Below, in pieces: positions 1 to 13,100 of a DNA stretch of 64,000 nt. The notes under the pieces were generated by a model. It worked only from the letters and a program-made list of their open reading frames with translations. It ran no database searches and was not told where the DNA came from. The translations under genes were made by a program, and so were the position numbers. The stretch comes from Mobula hypostoma. Its lineage: Eukaryota. Where the stretch lies: the NCBI RefSeq assembly GCF_963921235.1, contig NC_086107.1, forward strand, positions 99,946,001 through 100,010,000. Direction: 5' to 3'. Each line of letters begins with the position of its first letter. Positions within the stretch are counted from its first letter, which is position 1.

Positions 1-690
1 GAGAGAGTAGCAAAGAGAAGGCCACTGATGAAGAAAGCTCATATGAAATCTCTGCTAAAGTTTGTGAGAAGGCATATAGGAAAATCTGAAATCAGTGGGA
101 AGAAGGTTCTATGGTGTGATGAAGCCAAAACTGAGTTTTTGGCCATCAGACTAAATGCTGTGTCTGGCTCAAGCCAAACATATAATCAAAAACACTAAGC
201 ATGGTGGTGGCTGCATCATGCTGTGGGGATGGTTCACTGCAGCAGGCCCTGGAAGGCTTGTGAAGTTAGAGGGTAAAATGAATGCAGCAAAATACAGGGA
301 AATCCTGATGCAGTCTGCAAGAGAACTGCATCTTGGGAGAAGATATGTTTTCCCCAAGCATAAAGCCAAAGCTACACAGGAATGGCTTAAAAACAACAAA
401 GTTAATGTCTTGGAGTGGCCAGGTCAGAGTCCAGACCTCAATCCAATTGAGAATTTGTGGCTGGACATGAAAAGGACTGTTCACTTATGATCCCCATGCA
501 ATCTGACAGAGCTTGAGCAATTTGTAAAGAATGGGGGAAAATTGCAGGTGTCCAGATGTGCAAAGTTGATAGACACCTATCCACGCAGACCAACGCTGTA
601 ATTGCTGCCAAAGGTGCATCTACTAAATACTGACTTGAAGGGGGTGAATACTTATGCAATTAATTATTTTGTGTTTTACCATAAATAATC
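1..690 (+). mobile_element. Tc1/mariner DNA transposon remnant (3' half of a degenerate transposase)
   Basis: KHGGGCIMLWG and WPGQSPDLNPIENLW Tc1 DDE motifs in ORF 155..490; frame disruptions. Confidence 0.92.
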
Positions 691-698
691 ATATAACA

Positions 699-1100
699 AT
701 TACAGCACAGAAACAGGCCATCTCGGCCCTTCTAGTCCGTGCTGAACACTTACTCTCACCTAGTCCCACCGACCTGCACTCAGCCCATAACCCTCCATTC
801 CTTTCCTTCCATTTTGCCATCCAATTTACTTTAAATGACAATATCGAACCTACCTCTACCACTTCTGCTGGAAGCTCGTTCCACGCAGCTACCACTCTGA
901 GTAAAGAAGTTCCTCACATGTTACCCCTAAACTTTTGCCCCCTAACTTTCAACTCATGTCCTCTTGTTTGAATCTCCCCTACTCTCAATGGAAACAGCCT
1001 ATCCATGTCAACTCTATCTATCCCCCTCATAATTTTAAATACCTCTATTAAGTCCCCCCTCAACCTTCTATGCTCCAAAGAATAAAGACCCAACTTGCTT
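699..1100 (-). mobile_element. CR1-type LINE 3' fragment
   Basis: Minus-strand CR1 C-terminal residues (VAAWNELPAEVVE..SILSFK) and the typical 3' UTR. Confidence 0.8.
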
Positions 1101-1871
1101 GTCAGTCATTAAGTATGGGAGAGCAAGCCACACTTCTCCAGTAAAATGTTTGTACAACTATGGGGTAGCTCTACCCAATTTCCTCAATCACTGGTCAAGC
1201 TAAGCCTAGATATTTGCAGACCTTGCTTTGTTTACTTTCTGCTGAGCTCCAAATCTCACATTCATTCCTTTACAATTTTATTTCTATATAACTTCATCTT
1301 GGAAATGTTACCAGTCTCACCCCATACCTACCTGTACACATTTTCCAACTAAAGGTTGTGTGCACCCCTGCATATTTTCAGATCCTCTCCCAAAGTTTCA
1401 CTTTTCCATAGTATCTCACTCAGAACTCTTGCAACTCCTGACACAATCTTCATTTCTTCACTGGATACCAGTCCTCATGGTTCAAAGTAATCAAAATCTT
1501 CAACATTTACAAATCTTTACATTTTATTTCTCAGAACTTTCTTGCCTGTATTCTAGTTTGCATCCTCTGCGTTGGGGTGGTTGTACATGCCAGTGTCTTT
1601 GCTTCACCACTCTTGATGCCTTTACCTATAAGCTTATGTGTCTTTGAACACATCTCAGATTACTCCATCTACTGCTGCTGCTCCCACTCTAAGAAGCATT
1701 GGCTAACGATCTAAATAAATGTCCCTGCTGTCTGCTTCCTATTTTACTATTCCCCTATTCCTTTATAAGGAGGTCTTGTTTGATTCTAGCAGTCTCTGAT
1801 CAGGCTGTGGGTGAAAAGAATGGCTATTTTTTCTGTTGTTGGGGGTGGGTGGAATTTATTTCCTTTACTTA

Positions 1872-1950
1872 GAGCGGGGGTTCCCAACTTTTTTTTAATC
1901 CCATGGACCCCTACCATTAACCGCGAGGTCTGTGGACCCTAGGTTGGGAA
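1872..1950. mobile_element. ~80-bp hAT-type MITE (degraded copy)
   Basis: Ends gggggttcccaac...ggttgggaac; internal sequence shared with copies at 21968, 44009, 57143 and 60580. Confidence 0.75.
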
Positions 1951-2289
1951 CAGGTCCTTCGGCCCAATGAGATGGCACCTGCCCAATTGCAGATGTTCAG
2001 GCAGTGAAATATTTGGATTGATTACATGTACCCTGTAATGTTCTTTGTCTAGATGCCCACATCAATAAGGAATGCCAGTGTGAGTGAAGCCCTTTGTGGG
2101 AAGTTGGTGCTCACGGAACCAACCCCTTACGTGCTGGGAAGGCTGAAAACAATATGCATGTTCACACGCCATATGGAAGGTAATAACCCTTTGAGGGGTT
2201 TTTGTGAAGTGCCCACACTCTCTCTCAGTGTTATTATGTTGGAGAGGAAACAAGGAACATGGAAAAACAGAGCTTCATTTTCTTAGCCT

Positions 2290-5200
2290 CCTAGTAGTCA
2301 CATACCATCCCACCAGGCTCCGCGTCCAGCACCTAATTCTCTGTAACCTTTATGGCAAAGAGATCCCAGTGCCAAGCACATCTTTCCTTCCCCTCACTTT
2401 CTGCTTTCTGTAGGGATCACTCCCTACGTGACTGCCGTGTCCATTCCACACTTATCCTTGCGAGCGGAATAAGTGCTACACCTGCTTCCACACCTCTTCC
2501 CTCACTACCGTTCAGGGCCCCAAACAGTCCTTCCAGGTGAGGTGATACTTCACCTGTGAGTCTGTTGGGATCATCTACTGCAAGGATGGCCAATCTATGG
2601 TGTATGTGGCAAAAGTGGCGCAATGCACCCCAGTAATAATAATAAAAAAGTAAGCCTTACTATTACTGAAAGCAAGCAAAAAGTATTAACTGATTTGTAG
2701 GAAAAAAATCTATAACAGGAATTCAAGTGGCTTAGAGCTAGAAATGGGTTTTACTGAGAATAAATCTAAAACTTAGCAATTATTTTTAGTTATTTTATTA
2801 TTTCGTGCACATTTTTTGGCGAATGTTATCTTCTTTCACATTAATCTGTTTTCAATTTTAAAAAAAGTTCAATGGTCAAACTAGGAAAGAAGGACTTTTA
2901 TTCTGCATTTATTCCGTAACTGTTCAATACATGTTTGATACTTGTTTGATCCTGAGGCGCCAGGCGTCTGCACCAGCGGTGCATCGCAGGTTTTTGCCAG
3001 TCAGTTTACAATTGACACTCGTGCGCTACGGAGTTGTGCTTTGTTCGTCCTTTGTGAACATTTGCAGTTTTGTACTTTTTTGGAAATTAAGCCTTGTTTT
3101 TACATTCAGTTACCCATCACAGTGCAAAAGGAAATGAGCAAAAGAAAAGCAGAAAGTGGTAGTAAGCGTGAATTCAATGAACAGTGGGAAAATGAGTTCT
3201 TATTTATAGCGGGTCTGTCAGGAAAACCGTTGTGCATTGTTTGTGAAAACACTCTCACATAATGGAAGACATGATCTTAATAGACACTATAAAACACAAC
3301 ATCAGACTGAAATAGAAGGAAAACTAGTGCTTGGGTCTGAGTTACGGAAAGAATATGTGATTAAGGGAAAGGAAGAACTCAAAAGAAGACAAAATATATT
3401 TGTTAAAAGAAGTTGTGAAAGTTTGGCGATGACAAAAGCGTCCTACAAAATTGCTTTGACATTGGCCAAAAAATGGAAGTCTTTCTCTGATGGAGAAGAA
3501 ATTGTTAAGCCTTGTCTCCAAATATTTGCAAGATGTCTTGGTGATAAACATGCTTGTACTTTCTTTAGCTTTGGACAAATCTGCTGACATATGTGATGTA
3601 GCCCAGTTAAGCATTTTTGTAAGAGGAATTGATGATAATTTTAGCATCTTTGAAGAACTTATTGGTCTTCAGTCGCTTCATGGAAAAACAAGAGGATCAG
3701 CCACATTTGACAAAGTAAAATCATGCCTAGAAAATCTACAGATAGACTCTAGTAAACTCATCGGCGTTTGTACTGACGGAACGCCGTCAATGATAGGTAA
3801 AGCCGCTGGGACTACAACTTAGGTTGAAAACTTTTTAGGTTGTCCTCTACTAAAATATCACTGCATTATACACCAAGAGTCACTGTGTGGAAAAACTTTA
3901 AATTCACAGCATGTTATGTTACTGGTTGTGAAACGCATGAATAAAATTAGAGCAAGAGGATTAAACAGACGAGAATTCAGAGAATATTGTGGAATATGGC
4001 GATCTCGTCCTTCATTGTGAGGTGTGCTGGCTTTCTAGAAGACAGGTTCTGAGTAGATTTTGGAAACTGAAAAATACTGTTGGTAATTTTCTAATAGAGA
4101 AAAATGAGCTGCCTGAGAAAAGAGCCGTTTTATGTGATAACAATTGGCTATTTGATTTAGCATTTTTAGTTGATGTTACCAGCCATTTCAATGATCTAAA
4201 TTTGAAACTCCAAGCAAGAACAAATTGTTTCCTAGCTTAGTAAATTATATCAATGCATTCAAGATGAAGTTAAAACTGTTTACCTCTCAGTTAGAAAATG
4301 AGGATTTGAGCCAGTTTCCGCACTTAAAAGAGCAGAGTGAATGTGCTGAAGATAATGGCAATTTTACAAAATATATTGAAAAAAATCAGGTTATTGCAAG
4401 AGTCATTTGAAAGTTGTCTTCATGATTTTGCTAAAGAAGAAGACTGCATACTTGCATTTATAAACCCATTTTCACTTAGTGAACAAAAAATCATGAAGAT
4501 GCCTAGAAACATACAAATAGAACTTATTGACTTGAAAACAAATTCATTATTGAACATGAAATTTGATGTCCCAAATGCTTCCAACATGATTAATTTCTGG
4601 CGATCATTACCCTGTGAACATTTGCCCAGAGTTATATCTGTCGTTTTGGAACGATGTGCAGATGTGAACAAGCATTTTCAGCCATGAAATTGATTAAAAA
4701 CAAAATGAGGTCGCAATTGACTGATTCAAATTTGAAGAATTCTCTGCTGCTGTCAGTAACTAATTTAACTCCAAACATTAAAAACTTGGCAAGATCAAAA
4801 CAGACTCAAAAGTCTCATTAAGGTAAGTAATGTTTTGTCTTGTTTTTATATTAAATCAATATATCATGTAAAAATGCTAAATATGTCTATGTTAACATTT
4901 TTAAAAGAATTGAATGGAGGTACAAGAATTGTATGGTGCATCTGAACTCATGCGTGAAAAAATTGATGCATGGAATGTAAAAGGTTGGCCACCCCTGATC
5001 TACTGTATCTGGTGCTCCTGGTGTGGCCTCCTGTATATCGATGAGACCCGACTTAGATTGGGAGATTGCTTCACTGTGCACATGAGCTTCATCCGCCAAA
5101 AAAAATGGGATCTCCCAGTGGTCACCCATTTTAATTCTGTTTCCCATTCCCATTCCGACATGTCAGTCCCTGGTCACACTCAGGTTGGAGGAGCAACATC

Positions 5201-5662
5201 TTATATTCCTTCTGGGTAGCTTCTAACCTGATGGCATGAGCATCGATTTCTCGAACTTCAGGTAATACCCCCATCACCATTCCCTTTTCCCTCTCTCACC
5301 TTATCTCCTTGTCTGTCCATCACCTCCCTCTAGTATGCCTCCCCTTTTCTTTCTTCCATGGCCTTCTTTCCTCTCCTATCAGATTCCCCTTTCTCCAGCC
5401 CTGTATCTTTTTCACCAATCAACTTCCCAGCTCTTTACCTCACACAACCCAGTTTCCCCTATCTCCTTGTGTTTCTTCCTCCCCTCCCCCCCCCCGCACT
5501 TCTAACTCTGACTCCTCAGCTTTTTTTCTTCAGTCCTGCTGAAGGGTCTCGGCCTGAAACATTGATTATGCTCTTTTCCATTGATGCTGCCTGACCTGCT
5601 GATCTCCTCCGGCATTTTGTGTGTGTTGCTTGGATTTCCAGCATCTGCAGACTTTCTCTTGT
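2290..5662 (+). mobile_element. Penelope-like element fragment (GIY-YIG region plus terminal repeat), split by a hAT insertion at 2581-4997
   Basis: Joining 2580 to 5006 restores GIIYCIWCSWCGLLYIDETRLRLGDCF..H (GIY-YIG endonuclease). A pyrimidine-rich tract and a terminal repeat with a degenerate hammerhead follow at 5531-5570. Confidence 0.85.
2581..4997 (+). mobile_element. hAT DNA transposon (Charlie/SPIN/GTF2IRD2-like); both ends present, transposase pseudogenised
   Basis: TIRs CAAGGATGGCCAATCT / AGGTTGGCCACCCCTG; perfect 8-bp TSD ATCTACTG (2573-2580, 4998-5005); fragments KPLCIVC, SLALDKSADICDVAQLSIFVRG, CTDGTPSMIG, HCIIHQESLC, LAFLVDVTSH; several stops and frameshifts. Confidence 0.95.
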
Positions 5663-7120
5663 TCATGGTAATGGTGTGGTTGGTTATTCCAGAGTGACCA
5701 TTCTTTATGAGTGAGTCTGAAGAAGGTGGATCTGAATTGAGGAGATCTCCAGTGTTTGGGAATCAGAGGCTTCCAATGAACTTACAGGCCTGTTGTCTCA
5801 GGTAACCAAAACCTGATAATGACCTAGCTTGATTTCTAATACAATTTTGCCACTACAGCAAAAACAAACTAGTGGAGAGACCCTGAGTCAGACAGTATCT
5901 GTGGAGGGACAGTCAGTGTTTGGGGCAGAGACCCTTCATATGGATTGGAAAATAGCCAGTATAAAGAAGTAAGAGGAAGAGATGGACCAGGAGCTGGCAA
6001 GCAATAGGTGGATGTGGAAGAGAAGGGAAAAGTAGAAATAGGGCAGAAGCTGTGAGGTGCTCAGTGGAGGCAACAAAGGACTGCAGATGGTGGATGCTGA
6101 TAATGAGGAAGATGGAGCAGGGATCAAGGGAGGTGGGATGGCCGATGGGAACAGCGGAGGGAGGGGAGAATGGGAGAGGGTGGGTGACGAGCAGATAGCA
6201 CGGGAAGAGGAGGGGAAAGAATCACGGTGGTTGGAGGTGGAGGGGTGCTCAACTGTCAACTGCTGCTGGGCAGTTATCAACAGTGAAAGATGCACCCTGG
6301 ACTTCCCGAAACTCACTGGTGTTCCAGACCAAGGTATTGTCCAGGCTGAGGCTGTAAACTGCTCAATGGTCGAGGGTGCGTGCTAAGGGTTGTGTTGGAG
6401 CTGATTGCAATCACAGCAAGGGACTCTGAGGGGATGGGCTTCAGTTGAAGCCTCTTCCACCATTGCACATTGAGGGGCTGGAATCAGTGTCGGCATATAG
6501 AACAGTACAGCACAAGAACAGGCCTTTAGGCCAATTATGTAGTGCAGAATTAATTAAACACCTTACTAAATTAGTCCTTCTACCCACACAATTTCCATAT
6601 CCCTCCATTCTCTCCATATTTGTGTACTATCTAAAAGCCATCTGAACACCTCTATCGCAATTGCTTCTGCCATTACCACTGGCAGCCTATTCCTAGCACC
6701 CGCGTATGAAAAACCTGCACTGCACATCTCCCCGAATTCACTGGTCTCACCTTAAAAGCATGTCCTCCAGTATTAGATATATCAATCCTGGGAAAAAGAT
6801 ACCAGCTGTCCACCTATGCCTTTCAGCACCCCATAAACCTCCACCAGGTCTCCCCTCAGCTAAAACCACATGGACTATTTTTCAACAGTTGTGTGTCAAT
6901 GGTTACTAATGAAAACAGCCCCTTCAGCCCATCTGCACTAATCCTGTTTGCCTACAGTGTCTTGCCTGTTTAACTTTCTGCTAATGTTGTAATAATAGGG
7001 TGAACTAGACGTGATGAAAATGTGGACTTGAACTCACGTGATTGTGACTTAGTTGGAAGTGCCCCTGACCAATGGCTGACATTAAGTTTCAATGTGAATG
7101 TCTTTCTCTTTCATTTCCAG

Positions 7121-10100
7121 TTGGACGCTGATGGTGTGGGAGCAGCATGGCAGCATCATGGATAAGATGTACGCTTGGCACACTTGTGGCATCCATTGCC
7201 TTTGCCTCCCTGAGTAGAGCTGTACCATCAAACTATCTCCACCTTGACTACTGTGTGATAGGGGCAGGTCCTAGTGGCTTGCAGATTGGTTATTTTCTAC
7301 ATCAGTCCCAAAGGCAGTATCTGATTTTTGAACGTAGTAATATCTCTGGGAGCTTTTATATACGTTATCCTCGCCATCGGAAACTCATCAGTATCAACAA
7401 GCGTTACACTGGGAAACATAACAAAGAGTTTAACCTCCGCCATGACTGGAACTCACTGCTCAGTCATGATGACAATCTACTCTTCAAGCACTACACCAAA
7501 GATTTCTTCCCTCATGCTGACACCATGCTCCGATACTTGAATGATTTTACTAAAACACTGAAACTGAAGGTTCAGTACAATACAGAGATAAAGTGGATTG
7601 AAGCGGAAAGCGATCTCCAGGCCTGGAATGGGCATTATTTCTTTCTGACAGATCAGAATAACCATCATTACAGGTGCAGGTATGGTAGATCATCGTAACC
7701 TTTGTCAGTTTCATATTATGCTGAAGGTAATGGGTGGTTTTGCTTATTCTTAGTCAAGGGTGCATGTAGAAACATTGCTATTTCCTGCCAGAATGGTTGG
7801 GTGTTTCTTCAATTAGTCTCAATGGAGATATCAGTCCATATCTCTTACAACAGTGTAATCTGTACTCAATATGAGGTTTCTGTAGTTTTTATTCAGGGTT
7901 CTATTATCTTCATGGATATTTTTTGTAGAGAGGTTCCTGTAATGAAATGTAAAGAAAGCAAACTTGGAAATAATTAAGCAGTTTTTTTTTTGTTGTAATT
8001 TAATTTTCTTAGTGTGCTGTTTAACTCAATTCCTGAGTAAATAGACTTTAAAGAAACAAGGAGACCATTTGGACTGTTTACTTGTCAGACTCTAAGAAAG
8101 AGCAGTTTTACTGGGTTCCTAAACCAAAGTGTTTGTCCTAAACTCTAGTTCTTTATCTTCAAATGCCTGTCCAATTCTCTTTTAAAATTACTTCAAGGAG
8201 AGCGTGACAAGTTCCAAAACTTTAATTGAAATTTTGTCCCATTTAATCTTTTGCCAGTGATCTCAAATCCTTGACCTCTGGTTACTGATCCACACAGTCG
8301 ATGAAATATGTTTTTCCATTTTTTTCTTTTTAATAAGTAACTTCATCATTTGAAATCTGCTCACGACATAGCTTAACCTTTCTTTGTTCCGGTGAGAATA
8401 ATCCAAGTATTTTCAATTCATTTCTCAAGTCATGCATCTCTGGTAATGTCTTTCTAATTTCTTAGGATCTGAGTGTCACAGACAAATTGCCTACTCTTAA
8501 TTGCTCTTCAGAAGGCGGTGGTGACATGTTACCTTGAACCGCTGCATCCTACTGAAGGTGCTTCATAGTGAGGTTAGGGAGTGAGTTCAGGATTGAAAAG
8601 CAAGTGATGAAAGAAGGGGAATACATTATCAAAGTCAGGATGGAGCGCAGTTTGGAGAGGAACTTGATTAAGCTGATGTTCCCTTCTACCTCTCGTTTCC
8701 ATCCTTGGTGCTTGAGATCAGGTTTTGGAAGGTGCTGATGGAATAATCTAAATGAGTAACTAATGCATGTAGTAGATGGTGCGCACAGTACAGCCACTTT
8801 GCTGAAGGTCTTGAGAATAAATGCTTGGAGCATTAGGTAGAGTGTCAAACATGTGGGCTCTGCCTAGATAGTGTTGTGCTTCTTGAGAATCGTTGGTGGT
8901 ACAGTCTTTCAGGCATTTGGATAATATTCCATTGCACTTTGGACTTGTGCCTGAGAGACAGTGGAAAGGCATGGAGGTTGCAGGGGTGGGACATTGCTTG
9001 CTCTTGTAGCCATGTCAATTTATTTTGTAATGTCATTGAATGTCAGGGGTAGGCAGTTAGTTTTGCTCCCGTTGGAGATGGTAGTTGTCTGGCGTTTCTT
9101 TGGTCCAAATGTAAATTGTCACTTATTAGCCATGTCTGAATATTGGCTTGGGTTTAATGTATATAGGCATGAACTGATAAGTATTTGATAAGTAACAAAT
9201 GGGTTGGGGCATTGTAGAAACATTAACAAATATCTCCACTTCTGCTCTTATATTGGAAAGAAGGTAATTGATGAAGCACCGGACATTATCCTGAGGAACT
9301 TCTACAGTGATGTTCTGAGGCTGGGATGATTGGTCTCCTTTATATGGCTTACCTTTTTTGTATACTTACTCAATAAAAAGATTTAAAAAGAAAGAAAGAA
9401 AGATTGGTCTCCAAGAACTAGAGTCAGCATTGTTTGAGTGAGGTATGACTCGACTGGAGTGTTTTCTCCTTGTTGCCTGTCGATTTTCAGTTTTGTTTGG
9501 GCTTCTTGCTGCTGCCGTGGTCAAATGTCATCTTGGTGTCAAGGTCAGTCACTCTTATCTCACTCCTGGAACTCACCTCTTTGGTCCATGTTTGGGTCAG
9601 GGCTGTGGTGAAGGTTGGAGATGGTTTGTCCTTTTAAAATCCAAACGGATCACCATTGAGCAACTTATTAATGAGTAGATGCAGTTTGATATCACAAATG
9701 ATGCTACTTTTCATCAACTTGCTGATAGTTTATTGTTCTTTATGTGAACAGGATGCAATTAGACAATTTCCTTCCACGTATAATGTTTTAACTATGCTGG
9801 AACAGATTAACAGTACAGCTGGTTTTAGAACTTGTGTCTTCAGCGTGGTGTTATTTGGTCCTAAAGCCTTTCCTCTGTCCGGTTCGCTCAGCTTTTTGTT
9901 GACATCACCGTCTGGTATGGGGTGGGGGTGTGGGGTACTGCACAGGATCAAAGTAAGTTGCAGAAAGTTGTATAATTAGCTCCGTCATGGGTACTGGCAT
10001 CTTGAAGGAGCAGTGCCATCCATCATCAAGGACTCCCACCACCCAGTCATGCCCTCTTCTCATTATTACCAACGGGAAGGAGGTACAGGAGCTTGAAGCT

Positions 10101-13100
10101 ACACACTCAGTGATTCAGGAACAGCTTCTTCTCTGCCATCCGATTTCTATATAGATATTAAACCCATGAGCAATACCTTACTGCTTTTTAAAAATTTATT
10201 TCTGTTTTCACATTACTTATTTTAACTTAACTATTTTACATACATATATATATAGATATACACACAATTATAATTCAGTTTTTTTCTCAATTTATCATGC
10301 ATTGCATTGTACTGCTGCCACAAAGTTAACAAATTTCACAACGTTTCTGATTGTGAAGTACCACGTCCAAGTTGTATTATAAAGGTCGAATAGACTATTG
10401 AACCTTACAAATGACATCTGGGAAACTGCATATCATATCAGTCCATAAAACAGCTATCCAATATCACCCTCTATTTTCTACAGATTCTTTTCCTGTTACA
10501 GCATAAGTATCAATTTCCCTTATAAGTTAAAGAACATAAGTATTAACCAGGACATCAAAGAGGACTTAACTAATCATCTTATAAAATAGTCAGATTTGAT
10601 CTTTAATTCACCTGCGAGAACAGAGAGTGTTGCACAATTGGAGTGAGACAAGTCTCATTCAAAAGGCACCACCCAGTTGTGCATCTGTTGATTAGTATTG
10701 TACTGGAGTGTCAGTTTGGTTATATTCCCATCTTACGGCTTTCTGTTGCAAATAAAAGCTTTACCAGTGATCCATTGCTAGTAAATTGACAGAAGACTGC
10801 ACTTTTTAGGGTCCCAGTCGTGAATGCTTTGGTAATAGGGATGAGTGAGACTTAATTCCGTAACAGCGAGGACAGAAGAGGAGAGCTTGGATCTGGAGTT
10901 TAGAATAGGGGGTTCAAACTGAGCAAAGTTGCACAAGGGAATCTGAAATCTTAGAAAAGCATCAGTAATCAGCTAAGAAGTAATATCTGCTTCAAAGTTG
11001 CATGAGATATTACCCCCCCCCATGAGACATCTTTTTAAAATCATTTTGTTTACACCACACTGTTGAACTGAGACCTCATAAAGTTTATGTTGCACTGAAC
11101 AACTTCTACTGCTGCCACAGGTCACCGATGTGCTGGTCTTGGGCTTTAAACGCACTGTTGACCTGACAGCATCAGGAGCTTTCCTCCAGGTAGACAAGAG
11201 CTACGTGACACGTTGAAGTGTTCTGTCAAATTCTGGGAATTGGCAAGCGCACTCACGTCTCTTCTACTGCTACTAATGCCTTGTTGTTATCTTTCTTGTT
11301 TCCCCTTCTCCTTCCAGTGTCCTGTTGGTAGCAACCGGATTAGAGGTGCCCCATGAGCCCAATTTTCCAGGCTCTGAATACGCTGAGGGCTACGAGAGTG
11401 TTTCCATAGACCCAGCTGACTTCGTTGGGCAATCAGTCCTCATCCTAGGTCGCGGCAATTCGGCATTTGAGACGGCAGACAACATTGCTGGAGTAACTAA
11501 CTTTATCCACGGATTGAGTCGGTCCCGAATACGGCTCGCCTGGTCTACTCATTATGTTGGAGATCTCCGGTAAGTCAAACAGGGCACTTCATTCAGGGCC
11601 TTGCGTGGTGGGGAATGATCCGACTGAACTCTCCTGCAAACGCTTTCAGAATTTCAATGCTTTATGTTTTCATCATTACCATGAAGAACGGTTCATTTGA
11701 TTGAAGCTAGAACTTTCGCAAAGTAACAAATTGTATGAATGTTATTATATGTGTTACACTTAGTAGCCCTATGTCCCCTCTGCCTTCCAGTTTTGGCAAC
11801 TTGTGCATTCCTGCAACATGGATAAGAAGGCCTTCTGCTGCTTCATTCCCAAGACTTGGGATCTCTTCACTAAACTTTTTTGTAGTGTATTTACTGTATG
11901 AAAACTCAGAACTTTGAACATGGTTTTGGTCACTTGTCCTAATATCTGTTGAAGTGGTTTGGTGTTGGGTTGTCATTGATACAATTCTTGTGAAGTGCAT
12001 TGAAATGTTTTACTGTGTTTAAGGTCCTTTGAAAACAAGTGCTGAGACTGGAGGTGGGAGATGCTCTTCAATAGCATAATTTCTGCTAGACAAGCTTTAA
12101 GATTTTGAAAGGGGAGATAGCGAGAAGAAGAAGCTATTTGTGGAAAGTAAGGTTTATGTTAAGGTCACACACAGTGCTGGAGGGACTCAGCAGGCCAAGC
12201 AGCGACTGTGGGGAGGATACACAGTAGATGTTTTGGATATTAGAACCAGGCCAATTGGCCTGTCGAGTCTGCTCTGCCATTCCATCACGGCTGGTGGGGA
12301 GAGGGGGCATGACTTCAACCCTTCCCCTTCCTCCACACACGGCTTCACCAATCACCTGCCAGTTTGTACTCCTTCCCTACCCTTCTCTTTCTGGCATCTG
12401 CCCCTTTCCTTTTCAGTCTTGATGTCGGGTCTCGGCACAAAATGTCGATTGCTTAATCCCCTTCATAGATGCTGCCTGACTTGTTGAGCTCTTCTGGTGT
12501 TTTGTCTGTGTTGTTCAAGATTTCCTGCGTCTGCAGAATCTATTGTGTAAATGACAATTACTAATAAATCACACTGGGAATTCAGGGAGCAGTTGCAATG
12601 CAGCATTCACTATGTCGGAGAACAGTTGATCAGGAAGGCATAGGTGCATGTAAGAGGTAGCCAAATGCCCTATTATAGTGTTGTGTTTTTAATTTGACCC
12701 CACAAGGCTGTGCGATGCCTCAGTCTTAGGAGGGTGTTTTGTAATTCCATGTAAACTTCCCTACACCCAAACTGCACAGAGGATGAAAGGGATTTGACTG
12801 TCATATTGTGCTCAGCTGTGATGATCCTGGTGAGTTCCTGCTCACCTGACTTGGAATATCTGACAGTGAAGTGCCACCTATACTATATCTCACAGGAGGT
12901 TACTTTAGCTATCCTGACGTAGTCGACATCCCATCCCAGGCAGACGTGAAGCCTGCAATTGATAGTTCATCTCCTTGGTCAACAGCATTGAAATGGAGTA
13001 CGCTGAAGTCCCCGCTGTTAAAGCTGGTGACTTCATCCAGGCCAATTTCAAGAGTGTGTTGCCAAAATACTACCAACATATATGTTCTGTCCGTTTCTAC

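Noticed and set aside
5531..5570. Older Penelope terminal repeats as functional hammerheads (also ~12415, 13900, 25380, 26215, 49555, 51928, 56150, 58245, 62605)
   Set aside because: Each has substitutions in the CUGANGA core, the GAAA, or the GUC/stem III, so they are treated as decayed.
5936..6386. Pro/Ser-rich and Gly/Glu-rich ORFs
   Set aside because: Low-complexity translation of a purine-rich, Penelope-like tract.
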